Assembly: GCA_963815455.1 (NCBI GenBank)
Contig: CAWFGO010000001.1
Span: forward strand, 192,001-256,000
Source: an uncultured Verrucomicrobiae bacterium
Lineage (GTDB): Bacteria > Verrucomicrobiota > Verrucomicrobiia > Chthoniobacterales > UBA10450
Length of the DNA: 64,000 bases
Direction of reading: 5' to 3'
Part shown: piece after piece, positions 37,601 through 46,877 of the stretch
Layout of the letters: each line of letters begins with the position of its first letter
Numbering within the stretch: position 1 is the stretch's first letter
Made by a program: the position numbers and the translations under genes
The notes under the pieces: model-generated
What the model saw: only the letters and a program-made list of their open reading frames with translations
Told to the model about the DNA's origin: nothing
Databases searched by the model: none

Positions 37601-39148
37601 ATGCAATCTGTCTTAGAAAAACTCGGCATCGCCGATGACAATCCCGGCGTCTTTTGCGGCGAATGGCGCGGTGGCGGCGCGAAGATCGACAAGATTTCGC
37701 CGATCGACGGGCAAAAACTGGCCAGCGTTCGAACAGCATCGAGCGAAGATTACGACACCGCTATCGCTCGCGCGCACGAGGCATTCTTGAAGTGGCGCAC
37801 GACGCCTGGACCCGTTCGCGGCGACACCGTTCGCCGTCTCGGCAACGCACTCCGCGAATCGAAACACGAGCTCGGTCAGCTCGTGACCATGGAAACTGGG
37901 AAGATCATCGCCGAAGGCGAAGGCGAAGTGCAGGAGATGATCGACATCTGCGATTTTGCGGTCGGTCAATCACGAATGCTTTATGGCCTCACGATCCAAT
38001 CGGAACGCCCAAGCCACCGCCTGATGGAACAATGGCATCCGCTTGGCGTCGTCGCCGTAATCAGCGCTTTCAATTTCCCCGTTGCTGTCTGGTCGTGGAA
38101 CGCGGCGCTGGCCGCGGTCTGCGGCGACGCCACGGTTTGGAAAGCTTCGGAGAAAACGCCGCTGACCGCGATTGCGGTTACGAGAATTGCCGAGCGGGTT
38201 TGCCGCGAGACCGGGGCCGATCCGGCGATTTTCACGTTACTCATGGGGGACCGCAAAACGGTTGGACAAAAATTGTCGGCTGATAAGCGTATTCCGCTGA
38301 TCTCTGCCACCGGCTCGACGCAAATGGGAGTGCATGTCGCCCAAACCGTTCATGGCCGGCTCGGAAAAACGATCATGGAACTGGGTGGCAATAACGCGCT
38401 TATCGTCGCTCCCAGTGCCGATCTCGAAATGGCGACGCAATCGATCTTCTTCGGCGCAGTCGGCACTGCAGGGCAGCGTTGCACTTCAACACGGCGCGTG
38501 ATTTTGCACGAATCAATTGCCGGCAAGGTGCGTAAGAAACTTCTGGCGGCCTACAAGTCAATGAAGATTGGCAACCCTCTCGATCGACAGACGGTGATGG
38601 GTCCGTTGATCGAAAAAAACGCGGTGGACATGGTTCAACATTCCATTCAGCGATTGAAGGATGAAGGCGGCGAAATTCTTTACGGAGGCGAGCGGCTGGA
38701 TGGCAAACAATACACAGGTGGCTGCTACATGACGCCATGCCTGGCCAACGCGAAGCCTGAGTTCGAAATTGTCTGCCACGAAACATTTGGTCCGCTGCTT
38801 TATCTGATGACCTATCGTGATTTTGACGAAGCGATCGCGATTCAGAACGGCGTGCCGCAGGGTCTGACCTCCGCCATTTTCACGAACGACGCGCGGGAAG
38901 CGGAAAGATTCATGAGCCCGGCTGGGAGCGACTGCGGCATCGCGAATGTGAACACTGGAACGAGCGGCGCCGAGATTGGCGGCGCGTTCGGTGGCGAAAA
39001 AGAGACCGGCGGCGGCCGCGAAAGCGGGAGCGATTCATGGAAGATGTACATGCGCCGCCAGACCAACACGATTAACTTTTCGACCGAGTTACCGCTGGCC
39101 CAGGGAATTCAGTTCGGCGGTGACGACGCCGGCAGTGCGACGGCGTAG
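37601..39148 (+). CDS. pcd: ALDH7 aminoadipate-semialdehyde / piperideine-6-carboxylate dehydrogenase
   Basis: EGEGEVQE, SAFNFP, ELGGNNA, GTAGQRCT, GAEIGGAFGGEK, RESGSDSWK; adjacent to lat. Confidence 0.85.
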   Translation: MQSVLEKLGIADDNPGVFCGEWRGGGAKIDKISPIDGQKLASVRTASSEDYDTAIARAHEAFLKWRTTPGPVRGDTVRRLGNALRESKHELGQLVTMETGKIIAEGEGEVQEMIDICDFAVGQSRMLYGLTIQSERPSHRLMEQWHPLGVVAVISAFNFPVAVWSWNAALAAVCGDATVWKASEKTPLTAIAVTRIAERVCRETGADPAIFTLLMGDRKTVGQKLSADKRIPLISATGSTQMGVHVAQTVHGRLGKTIMELGGNNALIVAPSADLEMATQSIFFGAVGTAGQRCTSTRRVILHESIAGKVRKKLLAAYKSMKIGNPLDRQTVMGPLIEKNAVDMVQHSIQRLKDEGGEILYGGERLDGKQYTGGCYMTPCLANAKPEFEIVCHETFGPLLYLMTYRDFDEAIAIQNGVPQGLTSAIFTNDAREAERFMSPAGSDCGIANVNTGTSGAEIGGAFGGEKETGGGRESGSDSWKMYMRRQTNTINFSTELPLAQGIQFGGDDAGSATA

Positions 39149-39160
39149 TTATTCTCGCCT

Positions 39161-39447
39161 GTCATCCTGAGCCGCGTAGACTGTGCCAGTCCGGCTCGGA
39201 CCGAAGGACCTCACGAATCGACAAGGCTAAGGGCCTGCCGACAATTCTTGTTTCGCGGGCGATTTTGCTGCCGGGAAAGCGCGGCCGGCCTTACTGAACA
39301 CAACGTAACTTGCTTGTCATCCTGAGCGTAGCGAAAGACCCCGCGAAAAGAGACAACGTTCGCAAGCGATCATACGGTCGCGCTCTCAGAACAATTCGAT
39401 CCGATCCTTCCGGGCCTGTGAGGTCCCTCGCTTGCGCTCGGGATGAC
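39161..39447. repeat. family A REP cluster
   Basis: Units at 39161 (with internal insert) and 39316, and an inverted unit ending at 39447. Confidence 0.8.
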
Positions 39448-39479
39448 GGGAAATTATCGCGCGGAGACTCGACTGGATA

Positions 39480-40662
39480 TCACCCCGCGAACGCCGACAT
39501 TCCCGTAATCTGTTCGCCGAGCACGAGCACGATGGATGTCCTGCGTGCCTTCGTAGGTCTTTACACTTTCCAGATTACACATGTGTCGAAAACACTGGTA
39601 ATCATCGAGGATGCCGACAGCGCCGAGGATATCGCGCGCGTTGCGCGCCGCATCCAGCGCGATCTCCACATTGTTCATCTTGGCCATGGAGATGTGGTAG
39701 TGCTTCGCGGTTCCGGCATCCCGCAATTGGGCCAATCGATAAGCCAACAACTGCGCTTTGGTAATTTCAGTCAACATCCGCGCCAGCTTTGCCTGCACCA
39801 ACTGGAACCCGGCGATAGGCCGGCCGAATTGTTCCCGGCTCAGGGCGTAACGCCGCGCTTCATCGTAACACGCCATCGCCGCCCCGATCGCGCCCCAAGC
39901 GATTCCGTAGCGCGCATAATTGAGACACAAAAGCGGCGATTTTATTCCGCTGCTCTGCGGCAACAACGCGTTTGCCGGTATTTCGCAATCCTTGAATTCA
40001 AGTTCCGCCGTCAACGCCGCGCGCAGCGAAAGTTTTCCGTCGATCAATCTTGAGCTGAAACCGCGCGTTTTTTTCTCCACGAGAAATCCGCGTATTGATG
40101 AAGCGTTATCATCATCGACTTTGGCCCAGACCACGGCGACATCGGCGATCGTGCCGTTGCCGATCCATTTCTTCGCTCCGCTTAAGCGATAACCATCTGC
40201 GGTTTTGCGCGCGCAGCATTGGAGGCCACCGGGATTCGAACCAAAGTCGGGCTCGGTAAGCGCGAAGCAACCAAGCTTCTTTCCCTGGGCCATCTCCGGA
40301 AGCCACCGCGTTTTTTGCTCTTCCGAACCAAATAAATTGATCGCCGTTATGGAGAGAGAGCTTTGCACCGACGCAAAGGTGCGCAGTCCGCTATCGCCGC
40401 GTTCGAGTTCCCGCATGATGAGCCCGCAGGCGACGCTCCCGAGTCCGGCGCACCCGTAACCCTTGATGCCAGATCCAAAGACACCGAGCTGGGCTATCTC
40501 CGGCACGAGATCCATTGGGAACGTGCCGTTTCGATAATGTTTCGCGACGATCGGCAGAAAACGCTCCCCCACCCAGCCGCGCACGGTATCGCGAATCCGG
40601 CGCTCCTCCTCAGTCAGCGATTCATCGAGATTGTAAAAATCAACCGCTTCAAACGTCGTCAT
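39480..40662 (-). CDS. gcdH: glutaryl-CoA dehydrogenase-like acyl-CoA dehydrogenase; frameshift at about 39531
   Basis: LERGDSGLR, VQSSL, GCFALTEPDFGSNP, TYEGT. The expected tail VLVLGEQITGMSAFAG* lies in a shifted frame ending at 39480. Confidence 0.75.
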
Positions 40663-40706
40663 CGCAGCCAGCCTAGCAGCGGTCGCGCGCCGCGCCAGAT
40701 TCTGTT

Positions 40707-41016
40707 GTAGCCGGGGGCGATGACCCCGGCAAATCGTGGAGGACACGCGCTGTCGTGTCCAGGGTGGATCGGCCGCTCCGCGGGCGATGCCAATAGTGGC
40801 GCGAAGCGCATTTGCTTCTTAGCATCGAGCGGCGGAGCGCGCTCGATCCACCTCACTTAGCTGCCGTCGCTGTCATCCTGAGCCGCGCAGACGGGGAAGG
40901 ACCCCGCGAATTCAAGAAGGTCCACCTTCTGTCGACAATTCCGTTTTGCGAGCGACCTGGGTGTGGTCGAAAGCCAAAAGAACCCTCGCGAGATCCTTCG
41001 CTTCGCTCAGGATGAC
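40707..41016. repeat. mixed REP cluster (families C, F, A)
   Basis: GTAGCCGGGGGCGATGACCCCGGC (40707), hairpin GGACACG..CGTGTCC (40741), F doublet 40763-40852, A pair 40872-41016. Confidence 0.8.
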
Positions 41017-41018
41017 AG

Positions 41019-42515
41019 CTAGGCGTTGCCAGCCGTCGTCAGTTCAAACAGTCCGCCCAGATTCTTCGCCGTCTCCATGCTCATGATGAACTTCTGCAAC
41101 TTCTTGCACTGATCTTTTCCGACCACGTCTCCACCGAGCGCGGTGAATTTGATCGCGATTTCATCTTCGGTCATTGGATCGCGCGGATCGCCTTTGGGAA
41201 CATCGACACGAGTCGCATGCTGCTTGCCGTCGTTGGTTGTGATCGTCACCCGGCTCGGCTGGAATTTCGGGAAGAGCGCTTCAAACTCTTCGTTCGCGAC
41301 GACTTTTACTTTGTCCATGATCGGAATGAGCGCCTTATCCAGCACGCGTTCCTCCTTGAATTGCAATGGCGTGACCATGCCGTCGACCAATCCGGCCGCC
41401 ATGCAGTAGGGCAGCGAATGATCGGCCGTTTCCTTGGAATCCGGTCGATACTTGTGCGGATCGCCCAGAATGTCGGCGGCGCGGGCGATCACTTCGACTT
41501 TGATCTCCTTCACATTGTCCGCCTTAATATTGTGCTCCTTGATCGTCTTCATCATGGCGGTAAGCGGCGCGTGACTGAGCGCTTCGATCGGAAAACTTTT
41601 CATGCCGCAATCGAGAATGCGGTAGTGAGACTTGGGTGAATTTGGGAGGTCTGCGACTAACGCTTCGCCATCGAACGTGGCCGGTTGGCCTTTGTATTGG
41701 ACATGCTTAAACACGGCAAAGAGTCCTTCCTTGCCATCGATGATGTGTTCCGGGCCGGAGAATCCATCGCGTGCGAGAAGCGCGCTTTCCGCGCCCATTC
41801 GTCCCGCCCACGGATCGACCGTGTTTTTCATATTCGTTAACTTGCCCGCGGTCACCGCCCCCGGACAAAATGTACGCGACGCGCTGATCCCCATGGCCGA
41901 GACCATTTGATCCACAGTCAGATTCAGGACCCGCCCCGCGGCGATCGGGGCCGCGAACGCGCTCAATGTCGCGTGATGCCATCCGTATTCCCGCACGCCC
42001 GGCCGCCCCACTTCGCAAAGGCGCATTTCGATTTCGTAGGCGATGATCGTAGCCAGAATCAGGTCCTGTCCGCTCAGCCCTTCGCTTTCACACAACGCGA
42101 GCGGGGCGGCGATCAGATCGCTTGGATGACACGGATCGGCTTTCCAGTAGATGTCGTTGTAATCCATCGCCCGGATCATGTGACCGTTTAGGAACGACGC
42201 ATCCACGGGATTGGTTTTGAACCCCGAAACAAAAGCTGTGGCTTTTCCCTTCCCTGTTGTAGCCGGCGTCGGTGATGCCGGGCCGGGGTCAGCGCCCCCG
42301 GCTACAGTCTCACCGGCCATGGCCCGATAATGTTTCAGCAAAATCCTGGCGTCATCCTGCTGGCTCCCGCCCAGTGCGCAGCCGATAGAATCGAACCAGA
42401 ACAGCTTCGCTGCCTGAATCGCCTCGGGCGAGAGATGTTCGTATTTAAGAGCGGTAGCCCACTCAGCTATGGTATAAGAAAGGAGACGCTTGGCTTCGGA
42501 CGATTGCTTTGACAT
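41019..42515 (-). CDS. prpD: MmgE/PrpD family protein (2-methylcitrate dehydratase-like)
   Basis: IRAMDYND, CHPSD, ETADHSLPY, PKGDPRDP. Confidence 0.8.
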   Translation of the reverse strand: MSKQSSEAKRLLSYTIAEWATALKYEHLSPEAIQAAKLFWFDSIGCALGGSQQDDARILLKHYRAMAGETVAGGADPGPASPTPATTGKGKATAFVSGFKTNPVDASFLNGHMIRAMDYNDIYWKADPCHPSDLIAAPLALCESEGLSGQDLILATIIAYEIEMRLCEVGRPGVREYGWHHATLSAFAAPIAAGRVLNLTVDQMVSAMGISASRTFCPGAVTAGKLTNMKNTVDPWAGRMGAESALLARDGFSGPEHIIDGKEGLFAVFKHVQYKGQPATFDGEALVADLPNSPKSHYRILDCGMKSFPIEALSHAPLTAMMKTIKEHNIKADNVKEIKVEVIARAADILGDPHKYRPDSKETADHSLPYCMAAGLVDGMVTPLQFKEERVLDKALIPIMDKVKVVANEEFEALFPKFQPSRVTITTNDGKQHATRVDVPKGDPRDPMTEDEIAIKFTALGGDVVGKDQCKKLQKFIMSMETAKNLGGLFELTTAGNA

Positions 42516-42623
42516 GGTGATTCGATTTGGAACATGACCTTGAATGGGCCGGGCAGAATTTCAAGCCGCTTCCCTCAATGAGAAAGCGGACACCATGAAG
42601 CAGTTCCATTCGAGTTTGGCCGT

Positions 42624-42652
42624 TTGACAGAAAACCAGCTTTCTGGGAATCT
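42624..42652 (+). promoter_or_regulatory. vapBC promoter with overlapping palindromic operator
   Basis: TTGACA, 17 bp, GAATCT, 6 bp, ATG; CCAG-CTTT-CTGG palindrome in the spacer. Confidence 0.55.
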
Positions 42653-42658
42653 GGCTTT

Positions 42659-42883
42659 ATGAAAACCACCCTGGACCTCCCCGACGATCTGATGCGCGAG
42701 GTGAAAATCCGCGCCGTGCACGAGCATAAAAAGCTCAAGGACACGATCGCGGAATTGATTCGCAAAGGGATGGCCGCGTCGAACTCCCGGCGCCCGAAAC
42801 TGCCGAAGCCGGTGAAACTGCGCGGCGGATTCAAGCCGACGACCGAAGACATTGAGGCAGCCATCGCGTGGGGTCGCGATTGA
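42659..42883 (+). CDS. vapB: RHH antitoxin (VapB-like)
   Basis: MKTTLDLPDDL ribbon-helix-helix start; lies upstream of a PIN gene. Confidence 0.8.
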   Translation: MKTTLDLPDDLMREVKIRAVHEHKKLKDTIAELIRKGMAASNSRRPKLPKPVKLRGGFKPTTEDIEAAIAWGRD

Positions 42884-42896
42884 TTGCGATGCTCTA

Positions 42897-43304
42897 ATGG
42901 TCGTTGTCGATACAAACATCATTGCGCCGCTGTATGTGCGAAGCGCGCGCACTAACACGGTCGAGGAATTATTCGCGCGCGATGCGGTCTGGCGCACTGA
43001 ACCTCTGGCCCTGATCGAGCTAAGCAATGTGCTGATTACGTATGAGCGATCGCGATACATTACCGCCAAGGTCGCGCGCGATTGCCTCAATCGCGCCGCT
43101 GCGTTTCTACAGCCGCACTTCTTTCGAGTGAGCCACCAAGCCGCTCTCGAGGCCGCGCTCCGTCATCGCGTCACAGCCTACGATGCGCGCTTTCTCGCCC
43201 TGGCGGAGCAACTCGACAGCCGGCTTGTTACAGAAGACGCAAAGCTTCGCGCGGCCGCGCCGGCGCTTACCCAATCACTGGCCGAGGCGCTCGCCACTGA
43301 CTAG
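42897..43304 (+). CDS. vapC: PIN-domain toxin (VapC-like)
   Basis: VVDTN, E, TAYDARFLALA, LVTED. Confidence 0.85.
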   Translation: MVVVDTNIIAPLYVRSARTNTVEELFARDAVWRTEPLALIELSNVLITYERSRYITAKVARDCLNRAAAFLQPHFFRVSHQAALEAALRHRVTAYDARFLALAEQLDSRLVTEDAKLRAAAPALTQSLAEALATD

Positions 43305-43326
43305 GAATTCTGTCTTCATCGACACC

Positions 43327-45069
43327 ATGAATCCGCGCAACTTTTTCGGCGAGCTAAAGCGGCGCAACGTTTACAAGGTCGCCGTGGCTTACGCCGTGGT
43401 TTCGTGGCTGATCATTCAAGTCGCCACCCAGGTCTTTCCTTTCTTTGAGATTCCGAACTGGACCGTGCGCCTTGTGGTGATTCTCATGATCCTGGGCTTC
43501 CCGGTTGCGTTGGTCCTCGCCTGGGCGTTTGAACTCACTCCCGAGGGGCTGAAGCGCACGGAAGATGTCGATCCTGCGGCATCGGCGTATCAACCAAGAA
43601 AGCGAGCATGGATTTTTGTGGTCATCATCGCCGGCGCGATGTCGCTCGGTTTGTTTTTTCTCGGGCGCTACACGGCGCCGGGCAAGCAAAGCCGAGTCGT
43701 CCAGGGTTCTTCAGAATCGATCGCAGTGCTGCCTTTCGTCAACATGAGTTCGGACAAGGAGCAGGAATATTTCTCCGATGGTTTGTCCGAAGAATTGTTG
43801 AATCAGTTGGCGCAGATTCCGCAGTTGCGCGTGATCGCGCGCACTTCATCGTTTTCGTTTAAGGGCAAGGAGGTCGATGTCGCGACAATCGCCAAGATTC
43901 TCAACGTGGCCAATGTGCTCGAAGGCAGCGTACGCAAGTCGGCCAATACCTTGCGCATCACTGCGCAGCTCGTCCGCGCATCCGACAGCTCGCATCTCTG
44001 GTCGCAAACTTATGACCGCGACCTGACGGACGTGTTCAAGGTGCAGGATGAGATTTCCCGAGATGTCGTCGCCGCGCTGAAGGTGAAGCTGTTACCCACG
44101 CAGCAGCCTGCGAACCTGCAGCGCACGACTAGCAGTGAAGCCTATGAACAAGTCCTTATCGGGAAAGAGGCGCGGAAGCACGGCGGCTACGAAGCCTTTC
44201 AACGTGCTGTAACCGCTTTTCAACACGCGGTCGATCTCGATCCTAATTACGCCAATGCCTACGCCGGACTGGCCCAGGCCCAGGCGTTCTCAGCGGATTT
44301 CAGCGGCACGCCGGCGGAACGTGCGGCCGAAATTAAAAAAGCCTTCGCCAACGCGGACAAGGCAATCGAGTTGGCGCCCGATCTGGCGGCCGGCTATTGG
44401 GTACGCGGACTTCTCCGGCATCGCCTGAGTTGGGATTGGAAAGATGCGCAGGCGGATTTCAAACAGGCCGCCGCTCTCGCTCCGAACGACGTGGAGACCT
44501 TCAACTATGCGCAGGCCTTGTTCTTCAGCGGCCACCAGAGCGAAGCCTTTGCCATGGATCGGAAGGCGACCACGCTTGATCCTCTCTCTCCGGAAGCTTG
44601 GAATGTTCTCGGGTGGCATCATGCCTTCGCCGGGCAATACCCCGAGGCACGAGTAGCTTTAGAACGTGCCCTTGAACTGAGTCCAGACGTGCAATGGTCT
44701 GCTTTCTTGCTGGGTTATGTGGAACTAAAAGAAGGCAAGATCGACAAAGCCGCGGAATATTTTCGACGCGCGTCCGCCGCGTTCTCGCTGACAGGTCTGA
44801 CCATGTTGGAATATACAGTCGGCCATGAACACGAATCCCAACAACTACTGGCTGAGCTAAAGGAAAAATACGCGGTTGGCTTCGCCTACCAGATCGCGCA
44901 GGCCTCCGCCTGGCGCGGTGACAAGGATGGCGCTTTCGAATGGTTCGATCATGCCTACGATCAACACGACGCCGGCCTCTACCGGCTCCGTTACGATCCG
45001 ATGCTGGCCAGTTTGCACGACGATCCGCGCTGGGCCGGGCTGGTGAAGAAGATGGGCTTCTCGGAATGA
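43327..45069 (+). CDS. membrane-anchored TolB-like/TPR protein (array gene 1)
   Basis: FFGELKRRN head, three TMs, SIAVLPFVN, TPRs, DPML..DPRW tail. Confidence 0.85.
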   Translation: MNPRNFFGELKRRNVYKVAVAYAVVSWLIIQVATQVFPFFEIPNWTVRLVVILMILGFPVALVLAWAFELTPEGLKRTEDVDPAASAYQPRKRAWIFVVIIAGAMSLGLFFLGRYTAPGKQSRVVQGSSESIAVLPFVNMSSDKEQEYFSDGLSEELLNQLAQIPQLRVIARTSSFSFKGKEVDVATIAKILNVANVLEGSVRKSANTLRITAQLVRASDSSHLWSQTYDRDLTDVFKVQDEISRDVVAALKVKLLPTQQPANLQRTTSSEAYEQVLIGKEARKHGGYEAFQRAVTAFQHAVDLDPNYANAYAGLAQAQAFSADFSGTPAERAAEIKKAFANADKAIELAPDLAAGYWVRGLLRHRLSWDWKDAQADFKQAAALAPNDVETFNYAQALFFSGHQSEAFAMDRKATTLDPLSPEAWNVLGWHHAFAGQYPEARVALERALELSPDVQWSAFLLGYVELKEGKIDKAAEYFRRASAAFSLTGLTMLEYTVGHEHESQQLLAELKEKYAVGFAYQIAQASAWRGDKDGAFEWFDHAYDQHDAGLYRLRYDPMLASLHDDPRWAGLVKKMGFSE

Positions 45070-45073
45070 AGAC

Positions 45074-46876
45074 ATGAACTTCTTCGAAGAACTCAAACGC
45101 CGCAAAGTATTCAAGGTCGGCGCGGCCTACCTGGTGGTGGCGTGGCTTGTCGTGCAGGCGGCTTCGATCGGATTTCCCGCCTTTGATTCACCGCCTTGGG
45201 TGCTGCGCGTCTTCATCCTGATCGCGCTGCTCGGGTTTCCGATCGCGGTGGTGATGGCGTGGGTGTTCGATATCACACCGGAGGGGGTAAAGCTCGATTC
45301 CAGCGCGTCGGGCAGCAAGCTTCTCTTCGCCGCGGCTGCGTTGCTGGTCGTTCTGGCACTCGGCTGGTATTTCTACGGCCAGCCATCGTTTCGCAAGGGC
45401 GATGTGGCTACACCGACAATTGCCGATCGGAATTCGATCGCCGTCCTGCCCTTCGCCAACACGAGCGGTAAGACGGAGGAGGATTATTTCTCGGATGGCA
45501 TGACTGAGGAGTTATTGAACGTGCTCGCCAGGGTGCCGCAACTCAAGGTGGTGGCACGCACCTCGGTCTTTCAATTTAAGGACAAGGGCGGCGACGTGCG
45601 CGAAATTGGTCGCAAGCTCGGCGTGACGAACATTGTTGAGGGTAGTGTTCGTCGCGATGGTCAAGAGGTACGGATCACCGCGCAGTTGGTGCGCGTCGCC
45701 GACGGCTTTCACATTTGGTCCGAAACCTACGATCGCAAACTGGAGAAGGTGTTCGCGTTGCAGGATGAAATCGCGCGACGCATTGGCAATGCGCTTAAGC
45801 TTTCGTTAGGCGTCTCGGCTCCCGTTGTTACGCGCGCGCCCATCGAACCGGAAGCCTACGATGAGTATCTCAAGGGTCGGGCGCTGCTGCGCCAACGCAT
45901 TGATCTGCCATCCGCGATCGCGCATTTGAAGACAGCCGTAGCGAAGGCCCCGGAGTTCGCCGCGGGTTGGTCGTCGCTGTCGCTCACCTATGAGGTAAGC
46001 TTCTGGTACACTGCGCACATGACGCCCGGTCTCGAAGCGGAATTTCTCGCTGGGGAAGCCGCGGCGGCCGAGCGCGCCGCCGCGATCGAGCCGGAGAGCG
46101 CAACCACCCAGCATGCCGTGGGCAACGTCGCGCGCGCGCAGTTCAAGTTTGCCCAGGCCGAAAGCCATTACCTGCGCGCCATGCAGATCGATCCGGGCTA
46201 CCCCGATGTGCGCGAAGATTATGCCGAACTTCTCTACGAAGTCGGCCGCGCGGAAGATTCCATGGTCGCGGCGCGCCAGCTGGTGAAGCTTGATCCTTAC
46301 TTCATTGTCGGCTGGGTCCGCCTGCGCGATGCCGCGGCCGCGGCGGACCGTCGTGAAGAGGTCGAGGAGGCGGTGCGCCAGATGCGCGCCATCAATCCAA
46401 AATACGCCGCGGGCCGGTTCGGACTTTTTCAGTATGCCGTCGCTTATGGCCGATTGGAAGACGCCCGCGCCGAGCTCGCTGACATTGATTCACACTGGCC
46501 TAACGAAACCGGTTTCGCGCAAACCTTGCTGGCCTGGGCCCGGGACGATCCGGGTATTGATCCAGCGAAGCTGCGCGCGGCGATCGCGGATGCGCCGGAG
46601 AACGAGGCGAGCTACTTCCTGATCGCGCGTCGCGACATTGACGGCTACAACGCCGATATCCAAAGCCATGGCGCCGTTCTCGAGGCCTACTACTTCGCCA
46701 ATCTTTACAGCAGCAAGCCCGCCGGACAGGCCATGCTGCGGGATCAACGTGTGAAAGCCACGCTGACGCGGTACTCTTTCCCGGTTTACTGGCGAGAGAA
46801 AGGCTGGCCGCCCGGGTGCCGGCCGCTCGGCGAAACCGATTTCGAATGCGGCTTGGATACGACGAGCGGCAAATGA
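45074..46876 (+). CDS. membrane-anchored TolB-like/TPR protein (array gene 2)
   Basis: FFEELKRRKV head, SIAVLPFAN, TPRs, C-terminal GWPPGCRP..DFEC. Confidence 0.85.
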   Translation: MNFFEELKRRKVFKVGAAYLVVAWLVVQAASIGFPAFDSPPWVLRVFILIALLGFPIAVVMAWVFDITPEGVKLDSSASGSKLLFAAAALLVVLALGWYFYGQPSFRKGDVATPTIADRNSIAVLPFANTSGKTEEDYFSDGMTEELLNVLARVPQLKVVARTSVFQFKDKGGDVREIGRKLGVTNIVEGSVRRDGQEVRITAQLVRVADGFHIWSETYDRKLEKVFALQDEIARRIGNALKLSLGVSAPVVTRAPIEPEAYDEYLKGRALLRQRIDLPSAIAHLKTAVAKAPEFAAGWSSLSLTYEVSFWYTAHMTPGLEAEFLAGEAAAAERAAAIEPESATTQHAVGNVARAQFKFAQAESHYLRAMQIDPGYPDVREDYAELLYEVGRAEDSMVAARQLVKLDPYFIVGWVRLRDAAAAADRREEVEEAVRQMRAINPKYAAGRFGLFQYAVAYGRLEDARAELADIDSHWPNETGFAQTLLAWARDDPGIDPAKLRAAIADAPENEASYFLIARRDIDGYNADIQSHGAVLEAYYFANLYSSKPAGQAMLRDQRVKATLTRYSFPVYWREKGWPPGCRPLGETDFECGLDTTSGK

Positions 46877-46877
46877 G

